Below are positions 1 through 8,897 of a DNA stretch of 64,000 nucleotides, in pieces (positions within the stretch are counted from its first letter, which is position 1; every line of letters begins with the position of its first letter). The stretch lies in NCBI RefSeq assembly GCF_900314595.1, contig NZ_OMVW01000002.1. The stretch is one strand, 5' to 3'. The notes under the pieces are model-generated. The model was given only the letters and a program-made list of their open reading frames with translations, was not told where the DNA came from and ran no database searches. A program made the position numbers and the translations under genes. Origin of the DNA: an uncultured Dialister sp. GTDB lineage: Bacteria; Bacillota; Negativicutes; Veillonellales; Dialisteraceae.

Positions 1-758
1 CGGGGGAATTTATCCAGACCTATAATGGTATGTTTAATAGAAATGACCCGTTTGCCTATTGCGAAGCCGGTTATTTTGATGGCAGAATCCGATTCCCTGT
101 TCTTCTTGAAAATGGAAATGTTTGGATGAGTATTGTCCTGAGTGAAATACAGTCCATGGCCTTACCGATAGAAAGAGCGTCCGGGAAGGTTATTACTTAC
201 GGTTTGGGGCTTGGCTACTATGTTTATATGGTTACATCCAAACCGGATGTGGAATCCATTACGGTCATTGAAAAAAATCCGGATGTAATTACACTCTTCA
301 GAAAAAATCTGATGCCCCAGTTTCCTAATAAAGAAAAAATCCGGATTATCGAAGGGGATGCATTTGAATTCGTTAGAAAACAACAGGATGGTGAATTTAA
401 TTATGCATTCAGTGACTTCTGGGGCGGTTTTTATGATGGATTGGAATTGTATCTCCAATTTGCTTCAGAAGCAGCCAGATTTGTTAATACCATTCATGAT
501 TTCTGGATAGAAAGCTGTTTTGCGGACTTCTTTTTCCGCCCGGCCATGATGCAGTTTTTAATGGAAGCGATTTTAAAGAAGAAAATCCGTATTACTGACC
601 AGGGGAAAAAAGTCAGGAGAATCCAGAAAAATTTTATTGATTTTTTATGTAATGAACAACTTTCATTTAGAAATACGGATGAAATTGTTCAGCTGCTTGA
701 TTATTCTTCCCTGATTCCACTGATGAGAAAGTTCGCCGTTTACTGCAGGCATAGATGA
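1..758 (+). CDS. SAM-dependent methyltransferase, spermidine-synthase-like fold (probably 5' partial)
   Basis: The reading frame is open back to base 3, so the gene likely starts upstream of the window. A glycine-rich SAM loop (VITYGLGLGYY) is followed by the acidic strand VIEKNP and IIEGDAFEF, typical of class I methyltransferases and spermidine synthases. Confidence 0.55.
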   Translation, partial: GEFIQTYNGMFNRNDPFAYCEAGYFDGRIRFPVLLENGNVWMSIVLSEIQSMALPIERASGKVITYGLGLGYYVYMVTSKPDVESITVIEKNPDVITLFRKNLMPQFPNKEKIRIIEGDAFEFVRKQQDGEFNYAFSDFWGGFYDGLELYLQFASEAARFVNTIHDFWIESCFADFFFRPAMMQFLMEAILKKKIRITDQGKKVRRIQKNFIDFLCNEQLSFRNTDEIVQLLDYSSLIPLMRKFAVYCRHR

Positions 759-765
759 GGAAAAT

Positions 766-2160
766 ATGTTTAAAAAGATAGCAACTCTTCTGGGAATTCT
801 CCTGCTCCTTTTTTCGGTCGTTGAGGCATCGGAACCTCTTTTATTAAAAGTTAAGGGAATCAAAGGCAGTCCTGTCGCCTTTGATGTGGATGGAACTGTC
901 TATATGGAGCCTTCTTTTCTGGAAAAAGGCGGGATAGTGAAAATCCTTTGGGAAAACGAAAAACTGTATATCATTCCCGAAGGATTTACCAGCAGTGAAA
1001 AGGTGGAAATCCCTTTTAGTACAGTTAACGGTACCTCCTGCATTGACTTTTCTTATTTTTGTGAACCGACTGGTTTTAGCTATTCTTATAAAAAGGATAA
1101 ACAGAAAATTTCTATTAAAAAGACGGATTTTGAAAGGAAAAAGAAAAACAGGGCCGGAAAGCGGAATTCTGATTCCACCAGGCCCCTGATTTTATGGGAC
1201 CCTGTTCATTTATATACGTCTGAAAGTGCAGGCTTTAAAAAGACTTCCGGTTTTCGTATCCTGTCACCGGAGTGGGGATGTTATGACAGATTCGATACAA
1301 TCATTCCGTTGAAAAATTTCTCCTACCTGAAAACAGCAAAAGACAATGAAATAGCAGTGATGCCGCTTGTTCATAATAACTTTAACCCTCCAGCCACTTC
1401 ATCATTTCTGCATGATGAAAGAAAACAGGAAGAAGTGATTTCCCGGATGGCTTCTGTGGCTAGGGTGTATGGTCTGTATGGATATAATATAGATTTTGAG
1501 AATATGAATCCTGACGATAAGGACAGATTTACCGCTTTTGTAAAAAAACTGTCTGAGGCTCTTCATAAGGATGGAAAGGTCCTTACCGTGGATATTACTG
1601 TCTATAATGAATCAGCTCCTTACTGGAGCCTTTGTTATGACAGAAAAGCGTTGGCCGGGTTCTGTGACTATGAAATTGTCATGGGCTATGATGAGACGCC
1701 AAGAATCAGTCAACATGCCGGTTCGGTTTCTTCCTGGAATTGGCTGAATAAAAATCTGAATCAGCTTTTGACGATGGTTCCATCTGAAAAACTGGTTCTG
1801 GGCCTCCCATTTTATACGCGTATTTATGAAGGGAAACCGGGTTCAGTTAAATCCCGGGTGCTGCAGATGAAAGATCAGTCTTTGATGATTGCCAGATATC
1901 ATTTAAAGCCGGTATGGCATTCGTCAGAAAAGCAATTTGTTGCGGAATGGAAGCATAATGGCCGTCCGCAAAAGGTATGGCTTGAAGAAAGAAAATCTCT
2001 TGCGGCTAAAGTAGAACTTGTCAGTAAGTATGGACTTGGCGGACTGGCTTTCTGGCGATATGGTTTTGAAATGCCTTCTATTTATAGTGATATAGAGACA
2101 GTGCTTGAAAATTCCGGTACTATGGAAGAAGTTCCAACGAAGGGGGACAAGAGCGACTAA
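766..2160 (+). CDS. Secreted glycoside hydrolase family 18 protein (YaaH/YdhD-like peptidoglycan hydrolase type)
   Basis: N-terminal signal peptide. The GH18 catalytic motif context is GYNIDFENM (DxxDxDxE-type, ending in E). The C-terminal GGLAFWRYGFE is typical of the GH18 TIM barrel. Confidence 0.8.
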   Translation: MFKKIATLLGILLLLFSVVEASEPLLLKVKGIKGSPVAFDVDGTVYMEPSFLEKGGIVKILWENEKLYIIPEGFTSSEKVEIPFSTVNGTSCIDFSYFCEPTGFSYSYKKDKQKISIKKTDFERKKKNRAGKRNSDSTRPLILWDPVHLYTSESAGFKKTSGFRILSPEWGCYDRFDTIIPLKNFSYLKTAKDNEIAVMPLVHNNFNPPATSSFLHDERKQEEVISRMASVARVYGLYGYNIDFENMNPDDKDRFTAFVKKLSEALHKDGKVLTVDITVYNESAPYWSLCYDRKALAGFCDYEIVMGYDETPRISQHAGSVSSWNWLNKNLNQLLTMVPSEKLVLGLPFYTRIYEGKPGSVKSRVLQMKDQSLMIARYHLKPVWHSSEKQFVAEWKHNGRPQKVWLEERKSLAAKVELVSKYGLGGLAFWRYGFEMPSIYSDIETVLENSGTMEEVPTKGDKSD

Positions 2161-2302
2161 GCATTGTTATGTGTACGGCTCCCAGAACAAGAGAGCTCAG
2201 GCAAAAGTGAAGAACAGTCAGCAGCAGATATTGGAAAAAGTCAGGAACATTAATAATAAACGATATGATATTTCGCAAAATTTCCCCCTTTTTCAATATT
2301 AG

Positions 2303-2340
2303 AAAAATCCTGTCCTTATAATTTAAGGGCAGGATTTTTA
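2303..2340. terminator. Bidirectional intrinsic terminator between convergent genes
   Basis: A ~12-bp inverted repeat ATCCTGTCCTTA / TAAGGGCAGGAT is flanked by an A-run and a T-run. Confidence 0.65.
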
Positions 2341-2348
2341 TTCGTAAA

Positions 2349-2972
2349 TTATCTGGTAATAGAATTACTGTGTAAAATCACCTTTAAAAATGCCGAGATG
2401 ACTTCAGGATCAAAAAGAATTCCGGAGCCGGTCATGATATCTCTGGTCAATTCCTTAATGGATTTCATCTTAAAATCAGGTGACGAATAAATCGTATTGT
2501 CATAGTAACTGGCAACAGATATAATTCTGGCGCCTAAAGGGATATTTACGTTTTTCAAGTGCTTTGGATAGCCGGTTCCATCCCATCGTTCGTGATGAGA
2601 ACGGATGTAAGGAAGAAGATCCTGACAGCCTGGAATGGATTCCAGCATGTTGGCGCCCAGTTCTGGATGTTTTTTATAAAGGGATAATTCCCTTCTTGAC
2701 AGGTAAGGTACTTTTGCCAATATATGGTTGGGAATGCATAACAATCCGATATCGTGCAATAATCCGGCATAACGGATAAGCATGATTTCGTTGGAAGGAA
2801 GTCTCATATATACAGCCGTAGCACCCGCATAATTGGAAACCCGGACAGAATGATCATATAATTCCTGTGATTTTAATCGCAATAGTTCAGAGAAACTGGT
2901 GACGATTGAATCCAGTATATTTTGTGTATCCCGAAAAGTTCCGGGACTTTGAAACAGAGATGAGCTGTACAT
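2349..2972 (-). CDS. HD-GYP domain protein (putative cyclic-di-GMP phosphodiesterase)
   Basis: LLHDIGL (HD motif) and HHERWDGTGYP (HD-GYP signature) are present in a stand-alone 207-aa protein. Confidence 0.85.
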   Translation of the reverse strand: MYSSSLFQSPGTFRDTQNILDSIVTSFSELLRLKSQELYDHSVRVSNYAGATAVYMRLPSNEIMLIRYAGLLHDIGLLCIPNHILAKVPYLSRRELSLYKKHPELGANMLESIPGCQDLLPYIRSHHERWDGTGYPKHLKNVNIPLGARIISVASYYDNTIYSSPDFKMKSIKELTRDIMTGSGILFDPEVISAFLKVILHSNSITR

Positions 2973-3324
2973 ATAAAGCTCCTGATTTTAAATAAACAAA
3001 CACTGTCTGCCGGGAAATTATACGGCAGCCGGGAAATGATTTCGTAAAAATAGAAGGCGCAAAGAGTCACCGACATAAAACCGATCTAGTAAAATTTTCG
3101 GAAACCCATAAGCATGTCAGCAGTTACAATGATATTTTACCCAAGTCAGAGAGAAAGGTCAAAGGAATATTCATTCGCTCTTTGGAGGAGAAATATACTA
3201 TGACAGGCAACCCTTATGTTATAATCATTATACAGTTTATCCTTTAAATAATCATCTCAGTTAAAATTTATAGTCCCATAAAAAATGATGATACAAATAC
3301 AAGTTCTATCTCAGGAGGAAGGAA

Positions 3325-4035
3325 ATGAAACCATTTATAATTCACTTTTTGCATCATAGCGGTTTTATAGTGGAAACTGACCGGATAGTACTTGTTTTTG
3401 ATTATTACAGGGATCCTTTACATGTTCTTGAAAGTATTCTTTCTGAACAGGAAACAATAAATAAAGCGGTTTATTTCTTTGTCAGCCATGTTCATGGGGA
3501 TCATTTCAATCCGGAAATCAGAATGTATGAAGAAAAGGCAGCAGCCTATTTCATGCATGAGGATTGTCATATGCCCCTGAACAATGGGGAAAAATGTCAT
3601 CTCATGAAACCGGAAGATTCTTTTGATGGAGATGATTTTTCCGTTAAAATGTATGGCTCCACCGATGCGGGAGGTTCTTTTATGGTCCGGTTGGGAGATA
3701 AAACCATATATCATGCTGGAGATCTGAACTGGTGGCACTGGGCCGGTGAACCGGATGATAATAATCGGGAAGCAGCAGAATTATTTTTCAAGGAACTTGA
3801 AAAAATTGAAGAAACCCGGGTGGATCTCGCTTTCCTGCCGGTTGATTACCGACAGCAGGTTGCCAGGGAATGGGGTGTCAGGCAGTATCTGGAGAAAATG
3901 AATATTGAGGTTCTGGTACCAATGCATTATTTTGGTACGCCATGGATTCCATCTTATGACTTTCGGTGGCATCATAGGGATCAGAAAATATGGATTCCTC
4001 AGGCTGATGGTGATAAGTTTAGAGGTGAATGGTAA
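3325..4035 (+). CDS. MBL-fold metallo-hydrolase
   Basis: SHVHGDH (HxHxDH zinc motif) is followed by downstream His/Asp ligands. A GGAGGAAGG RBS precedes the ATG, and an extended -10 (TGTTATAAT) lies at 3217-3225. Confidence 0.8.
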   Translation: MKPFIIHFLHHSGFIVETDRIVLVFDYYRDPLHVLESILSEQETINKAVYFFVSHVHGDHFNPEIRMYEEKAAAYFMHEDCHMPLNNGEKCHLMKPEDSFDGDDFSVKMYGSTDAGGSFMVRLGDKTIYHAGDLNWWHWAGEPDDNNREAAELFFKELEKIEETRVDLAFLPVDYRQQVAREWGVRQYLEKMNIEVLVPMHYFGTPWIPSYDFRWHHRDQKIWIPQADGDKFRGEW

Positions 4036-4334
4036 TGGCCTCTTCCTGGCTCTATGCACTTCCGGTTTATCTTACAGGGAGATTTATCCTTCAGTTGATT
4101 CCGCTGATGTTTTATGTGCCTGCGATATACAGCATTAATCTTGCCGTCGCATTTGTTTCATGTTTTATTTTCAAATCCGGATCAAAAAAGTCTTTCCCTA
4201 TAAATATGGGGTTGATAATGATTCTTACGGCTTTAGAAATCCTTTGTGATCTGGATATTTTGTCGGGCCTCTTTTCCTGGTGTATATTTGCTGCATTCAT
4301 TGCTTTTTCAATTCTGGGCAGTCGTTGGGAATAA
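4029..4334 (+). CDS. Small hypothetical membrane protein (about 3 TM segments)
   Basis: Hydrophobic 101-aa ORF overlapping the stop of the upstream gene. No recognisable motif. Confidence 0.4.
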   Translation: MVMASSWLYALPVYLTGRFILQLIPLMFYVPAIYSINLAVAFVSCFIFKSGSKKSFPINMGLIMILTALEILCDLDILSGLFSWCIFAAFIAFSILGSRWE

Positions 4335-4414
4335 TTGAAATTCATGCAGGCGGATATACTTTATTTTCTCTTTTAAGTATAATAAAAACCTTGGGCAGGT
4401 CTGTTTCTATTGTC

Positions 4415-4443
4415 CTTGACAATATTTTGTAAAAATTTTAGAA
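4415..4443 (+). promoter_or_regulatory. Near-consensus sigma-A promoter (TTGACA-17 nt-TAGAAT)
   Basis: TTGACA at 4415-4420, a 17-nt spacer, and TAGAAT at 4438-4443. Confidence 0.5.
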
Positions 4444-4600
4444 TTAATTCAGGTGCTGGACCAAGTGAACATTCCTTTAATGGATTGATTCTGACTTATA
4501 TATAGATGCTCCTTGGAGACATGGTGTCATGGCTTGGGAGCTTTCATTGTAATGAACGGAAATATTTCCGTATAGAGGAAAATCCATCTGCTTCGGCCTT

Positions 4601-4626
4601 AGCATCCCCGCAGGGAGATGCTTTTT
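4601..4626 (+). terminator. Terminator-like hairpin in the rny upstream region
   Basis: AGCATCCCC / GGGAGATGCT forms a stem with one bulge, followed by TTTTT. It lies 40 nt upstream of the rny start. Confidence 0.45.
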
Positions 4627-4666
4627 ATAGTTACTGAAATGATTTTAAAACCAAAAGAAGAAAGAG

Positions 4667-6250
4667 GTGAATCGTTTGACACTGGATGAAGTTTTACTTT
4701 ATGTAATTATCGGCTGTATTATTGCAGTGGTTATTGGGGCAGGTATTGGTTATATCCTTAGAAAACGAATTGCGGAGGCCAGAATTGGTTCTGCAGAGGA
4801 AAAGGCACGCCAGATTGCCGATGATGCTCAGAAAATGATTGATTCTGCATCTCGTGAGGCTGAAACGTTAAAGAAGGAAGCCCTGGTACAGACTCGTGAG
4901 GAAATTCATAAGCTTCGCGAAGATGTTGAACAGGAAAATAAGCAGCGCAGGGATGAACTGCAGAAGTATGAACAACGCCTTGTCCAGAAAGAGAATAATC
5001 TTGACTGGAGGAGTGGAAATCTGGAACAAAGAGAATCCCAGTTAGATAAAAAAGAGAACCAGATTAAATCCCAGAAGGAAAAACTCAATCAGCTGTACGA
5101 TGAGCAGCAGAACAAATTAGAAGAAATTTCACAACTTTCTGTGGAACAGGCTAAAGAAATGATTTTGGGCCGCGTAGATGAAGAGCTTACTCATGAAAAG
5201 GCTATTCGTATCCGGGATGCTGTTGAGGAGGCAAAAAATACTGCTGATATCAGAGCCAGGGAAATTATTGCTTCTGCTATTCAGCGCAATGCTGCCGATA
5301 CGGTATCTGAAACCACGGTTTCTGTCGTATCTCTGCCAAATGAAGAAATGAAAGGCCGGATAATTGGTCGTGAAGGTAGAAATATTCGGGCTATTGAAAC
5401 ATTGACAGGCGTAGATCTCATTATTGATGACACTCCCGAAGCGGTTATTCTTTCCTGCTTTGATCCGATCCGACGTGAAATAGCAAGGCTGGCTCTTGAA
5501 AGCCTGGTCAAAGACGGAAGAATCCACCCGGCACGAATTGAAGAAATCGTGGCAAAGACGAAGAAAGATGTAGAAAAAGCAATTCGCGAAGCCGGTGAAC
5601 AAGCGGTCATGGAATGCGGTATCCGAGGCATGAATCCGGATCTGATAAAAATTCTTGGCAGGTTGAAATATAGGACCAGCTATGGTCAGAATGTCCTGCA
5701 GCACTCTATTGATACTTCTTATTTTGCTGGCATACTTGCCGGTGAAGTTGGGGCTGATGTAGAACTTGCAAAACGGGCCGGTCTTCTTCATGATATAGGC
5801 AAAGCAGTGGACCGTGAACAGGAAGGTACACATGTAGAACTGGGTGTGGAACTGGCCCAGAAATTCCATGAAGCCCCGCAAATCATCAATACGATTGCTT
5901 CTCATCATGGAGACACTGAAGCCACCTGTGTGGAAGCTGTGCTTGTGGCAGCTGCTGATGCCATTTCAGCGGCACGTCCGGGAGCACGCCGCGAAACGCT
6001 TGAAAATTATATCAAGCGCCTGACGAAGCTTGAAGATATCGCAAAATCCTTCCCGGGGGTTGCCAGCTGTTATGCAATTCAGGCAGGCAGGGAACTTCGC
6101 GTAATTGTCAAGCCGGAAAAAATTACTGAAGATCAGACTACCATTCTGGCTCATGATATTTCCCAGAGGATTGAAAAGGAACTTCAATATCCTGGTCAGG
6201 TAAAAGTTGTCGTTATCCGTGAAACAAGAGCTACTGATTTTGCAAAATAA
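4667..6250 (+). CDS. rny: Ribonuclease Y
   Basis: N-terminal TM helix, a coiled-coil region, a KH domain ([14 protein letters not shown]), an HD domain (LLHDIGKA) and the C-terminus [10 protein letters not shown] are close to B. subtilis RNase Y throughout. The start is ambiguous (GTG 4667 or TTG 4676). Confidence 0.95.
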   Translation: MNRLTLDEVLLYVIIGCIIAVVIGAGIGYILRKRIAEARIGSAEEKARQIADDAQKMIDSASREAETLKKEALVQTREEIHKLREDVEQENKQRRDELQKYEQRLVQKENNLDWRSGNLEQRESQLDKKENQIKSQKEKLNQLYDEQQNKLEEISQLSVEQAKEMILGRVDEELTHEKAIRIRDAVEEAKNTADIRAREIIASAIQRNAADTVSETTVSVVSLPNEEMKGRIIGREGRNIRAIETLTGVDLIIDDTPEAVILSCFDPIRREIARLALESLVKDGRIHPARIEEIVAKTKKDVEKAIREAGEQAVMECGIRGMNPDLIKILGRLKYRTSYGQNVLQHSIDTSYFAGILAGEVGADVELAKRAGLLHDIGKAVDREQEGTHVELGVELAQKFHEAPQIINTIASHHGDTEATCVEAVLVAAADAISAARPGARRETLENYIKRLTKLEDIAKSFPGVASCYAIQAGRELRVIVKPEKITEDQTTILAHDISQRIEKELQYPGQVKVVVIRETRATDFAK

Positions 6251-6261
6251 CATACTGTGCA

Positions 6262-6303
6262 AAAAGATTTTATCCATCTCAACAGATGGGTAAAATCTTT
6301 TTC
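6262..6303 (+). terminator. Intrinsic terminator after rny
   Basis: A 16-bp stem AAGATTTTATCCATCT / AGATGGGTAAAATCTT with loop CAAC is followed by a T-run. Confidence 0.7.
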
Positions 6304-6384
6304 CTTTTATGGGATTATGCTATAATTTTATAAACACATTAAAATAATCTGTCCTTGGGGCAGGGAAAGATACGAGGTTTATCA

Positions 6385-7572
6385 ATGGATAGAGAAGATC
6401 TGGATAAACAGCTGAAAGAACATGGGGAAAACATGAATTTTGTCAGTTCCGACCATCACAAAGGAAAAGTGAAAATTGCTGCTTTGGCTCTTGCTCTCCT
6501 GGTCATCGGGGGCGCTGGTGGCTGCTTCTTTGGCGATTTTAAAACGGAAAATAAAAATCAGGGTGCTTCGTCTTCCTATCAGCTTCCTGCTCAGGAAGGA
6601 AAGAAGCTCCAGGAGCTGCCTGCTATAAGAAATACCGCAGTCGTTCAGGCGGTCAAGGAAGTCGGACCGGCAGTAGTAGGTATTACTACCAGGGTTTACG
6701 ATAGAGATATTTTTAACCGCCGTGTGGAAGTGGGGCATAGCGTAGGATCCGGAGTCATTTTTGATAAAAAAGGATATATTGTTACTAATAATCATGTAGT
6801 GTCTGGAAGCAAAGATGTCAATGTCAGTCTGTCTAACGGGACTACAGTTCCTGGCAAAGTTGTTGGTACAGATGCATCGACTGACCTGGCTGTAGTGAAA
6901 ATTGAGGAAAATGACAACCTGCCGGTTGCCCAGTTTGGAGATTCCGATGCACTGCAGGTTGGTGAAACAGCTATTGCTATCGGTAATCCGCTGGGTCTTG
7001 AATTCCAGGGGACGGTCACAGTAGGTGTAATCAGTGCGCTCAACAGGAGTCTTGACAACATTGACCAGCGTTTCAAGCTGATTCAGACGGATGCTGCCAT
7101 CAATCCGGGAAATTCCGGCGGTGCCCTGGTTACGGCTGATGCGAAAGTTGTAGGTATAAACAGTGCTAAGATTGCCAAAGAAGGCGTAGAAGGTATGGGA
7201 TTTGCCATTCCGGTTAATTCTGCCAAGGGCATTATCAGACAACTTATTGATAATGGCAGGGTTGTCCGGGCTTATCTTGGCGTATATGCGGCGGATAAGG
7301 ATATCGCCATGAGGTATGGTTATAACTGGGATCATGAACATGGTGTCCTTGTCATGAAGATTGCTTCCCGGAGTCCTTTGAGTCTTACAGAGATCCGTCC
7401 TGGCGATTATATTATGGCCATTGATGGAAAAGCTTTTGATACGGTCAAGGCCATGCGGGAAATACTGGACAATCATAAGCCGGGAGACAGGATTACGCTG
7501 ACCTATGAACATAATGGCAGGGAGGAAAAGACAGAAGTGCTTCTTGCTGCAGCACCGGAGAGCAATAAATAA
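6385..7572 (+). CDS. htrA: HtrA/DegP-family serine protease with one PDZ domain, membrane-anchored
   Basis: Trypsin-like triad context (TNNHV, TDLAV, GNSGGAL), an N-terminal TM helix and a C-terminal PDZ domain. ATG 6385 has a GAGG RBS, so the TTG start at 6355 in the ORF track is less likely. Confidence 0.9.
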   Translation: MDREDLDKQLKEHGENMNFVSSDHHKGKVKIAALALALLVIGGAGGCFFGDFKTENKNQGASSSYQLPAQEGKKLQELPAIRNTAVVQAVKEVGPAVVGITTRVYDRDIFNRRVEVGHSVGSGVIFDKKGYIVTNNHVVSGSKDVNVSLSNGTTVPGKVVGTDASTDLAVVKIEENDNLPVAQFGDSDALQVGETAIAIGNPLGLEFQGTVTVGVISALNRSLDNIDQRFKLIQTDAAINPGNSGGALVTADAKVVGINSAKIAKEGVEGMGFAIPVNSAKGIIRQLIDNGRVVRAYLGVYAADKDIAMRYGYNWDHEHGVLVMKIASRSPLSLTEIRPGDYIMAIDGKAFDTVKAMREILDNHKPGDRITLTYEHNGREEKTEVLLAAAPESNK

Positions 7573-8051
7573 TGAAATTTACCATTCTGGCCATTGGCAA
7601 AATCAAGGAAAAATGGATGCGGGACGGTATTAGTGAATATGTGAAACGGATTGCCCCCATGGCTAAAATAGAATTCATTGTAAAAGATGAAGAAAAAATG
7701 CCTGAGCATCCTTCGCCGGCCCTCAAAGAAAAGGTTATGGAGGAAGAGGGTGAAAAGCTTCTTAAATATCTGAAAGGTGATGATTTCCTGATTCTTTTGG
7801 ACCTAAAAGGAAATCCTCTTACCTCAGAAGGCCTGGCGGAAGTCCTCCAGAAAAAAATGGTGGGCGGGATCAGTCATTTTTCCTTTATGATTGGAGGACC
7901 TTTCGGAAATGGTGAAAATATCCGTAAAAGGGCTGATCTTAAGATTTCCATCAGTGCTATGACCTTTACTCATCAGATGGCAAGACTGATTTTGACTGAA
8001 CAGCTTTATCGGGCCATGAAAATCATGAGACACGAGCCTTATCATTTATAA
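7572..8051 (+). CDS. rlmH: 23S rRNA (pseudouridine1915-N3)-methyltransferase RlmH
   Basis: A 159-aa SPOUT protein: MKFTILAIGKIKEKW start, IGGPFG motif and C-terminal HEPYH. The TAATG arrangement overlaps the htrA stop. Confidence 0.92.
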   Translation: MKFTILAIGKIKEKWMRDGISEYVKRIAPMAKIEFIVKDEEKMPEHPSPALKEKVMEEEGEKLLKYLKGDDFLILLDLKGNPLTSEGLAEVLQKKMVGGISHFSFMIGGPFGNGENIRKRADLKISISAMTFTHQMARLILTEQLYRAMKIMRHEPYHL

Positions 8052-8086
8052 TGGGAGCCCGAATATTTATATGAACAGGCCTGTAT

Positions 8087-8128
8087 AAACCTGCAGATGA
8101 TTTCATAAAATCATTTGCAGGTTTTTTG
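8087..8128 (+). terminator. Intrinsic terminator after rlmH
   Basis: Stem AACCTGCAGATGATT / AATCATTTGCAGGTT followed by TTTT. Confidence 0.7.
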
Positions 8129-8212
8129 AAATTTCGTTAAAATATAAACAGGTAAGATGACCGTATATATCGATTGCTTCACATGTTTTTCTGTTGGAAG
8201 AGGGGATTGATC

Positions 8213-8770
8213 ATGACTGCCAAATCGATGAAAGTCAAGGATTTCATGTCGAAATATGTGTTTACTGTGTCTGCGGATACCACTGTTCATGAGCTGGTAG
8301 GGCTTTTCATTACCCATCCGGTGAGTGCCATTCCTGTGGTAGGAGATGATAATGAACTTCTTGGCATTGTTTCCGAAGGGGATCTTTTATACAAAAAAGT
8401 AAATCCGAAAATTCCGCAATATGTGGATGTACTGGGAGGAAATCTGTATTATTGTGGTTTTGGACGGTATGAAAGGTCTTTTCGTAAACTTCTTGCTACC
8501 ACTGCTTCGGAGATTATGACTAAAGATGTACGTTGTGTTACGTCAGATACAGATATGGAGACACTGACTACTCTGATGGTTGATGAACATTTAAAGACCG
8601 TACCGGTAGTTGAAAGAAAGAAAGTACCCAATTCCGATATCCAGCCGCCGGCCCGTCTGGTCGGTATTATTACCCGGCACGATATTCTGGGTGCTATTGC
8701 TGCCACAGAGGCAGAAGAGCTTCTTAAAAACCGGGAGCAGTTGGCTAAAGAAGGTTATCAGGACGAATGA
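8213..8770 (+). CDS. CBS-domain pair protein
   Basis: Two CBS repeats are visible (VKDFMS...IPVV...GIVSEGDLL and IMTKDV...VPVV...GIITRHDIL). ATG 8213 is preceded by a GAGGGG RBS. Confidence 0.8.
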   Translation: MTAKSMKVKDFMSKYVFTVSADTTVHELVGLFITHPVSAIPVVGDDNELLGIVSEGDLLYKKVNPKIPQYVDVLGGNLYYCGFGRYERSFRKLLATTASEIMTKDVRCVTSDTDMETLTTLMVDEHLKTVPVVERKKVPNSDIQPPARLVGIITRHDILGAIAATEAEELLKNREQLAKEGYQDE

Positions 8771-8799
8771 TAATGAATCTTTCCATTTTTAAATAAATA

Positions 8800-8830
8800 A
8801 AAAACTGCATGAGATCATGCAGTTTTTTAT
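8800..8830 (+). terminator. Intrinsic terminator after the CBS gene
   Basis: Stem ACTGCATGA / TCATGCAGT followed by TTTTTT. Confidence 0.7.
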
Positions 8831-8897
8831 TTTGATTCTCCATTGTATAATATAGGAAACATGAATTTATATTCGCAGTACCGGCGCAAGGTAAAAT

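Noticed and set aside
3200-3247. A 15-codon ORF (MTGNPYVIIIIQFIL) with a GGAGGAG RBS upstream of the MBL-fold gene. It was considered as a leader peptide.
   Set aside because: The same bases contain a perfect extended -10 (TGTTATAAT, 3217-3225), which is the simpler explanation. There is no attenuator structure and no conservation evidence.
6382-7512. A 376-aa ORF antisense to htrA. Similar long antisense or alternative-frame ORFs are 5129-5908(-), 24044-25090(-), 27344-28090(-), 31932-32486(-), 34691-35392(-) and 36800-38143(-).
   Set aside because: Each lies entirely inside a gene with strong, motif-supported homology on the opposite strand. Their translations are low-complexity and rich in I/F/N/S/R with no recognisable motifs. 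No RBS is apparent. These are typical shadow ORFs.
8831-8897. Possible c-di-AMP (ydaO-type) riboswitch upstream of ktrB.
   Set aside because: The intergenic space left after the upstream terminator is about 65 nt, which is too short for that riboswitch.
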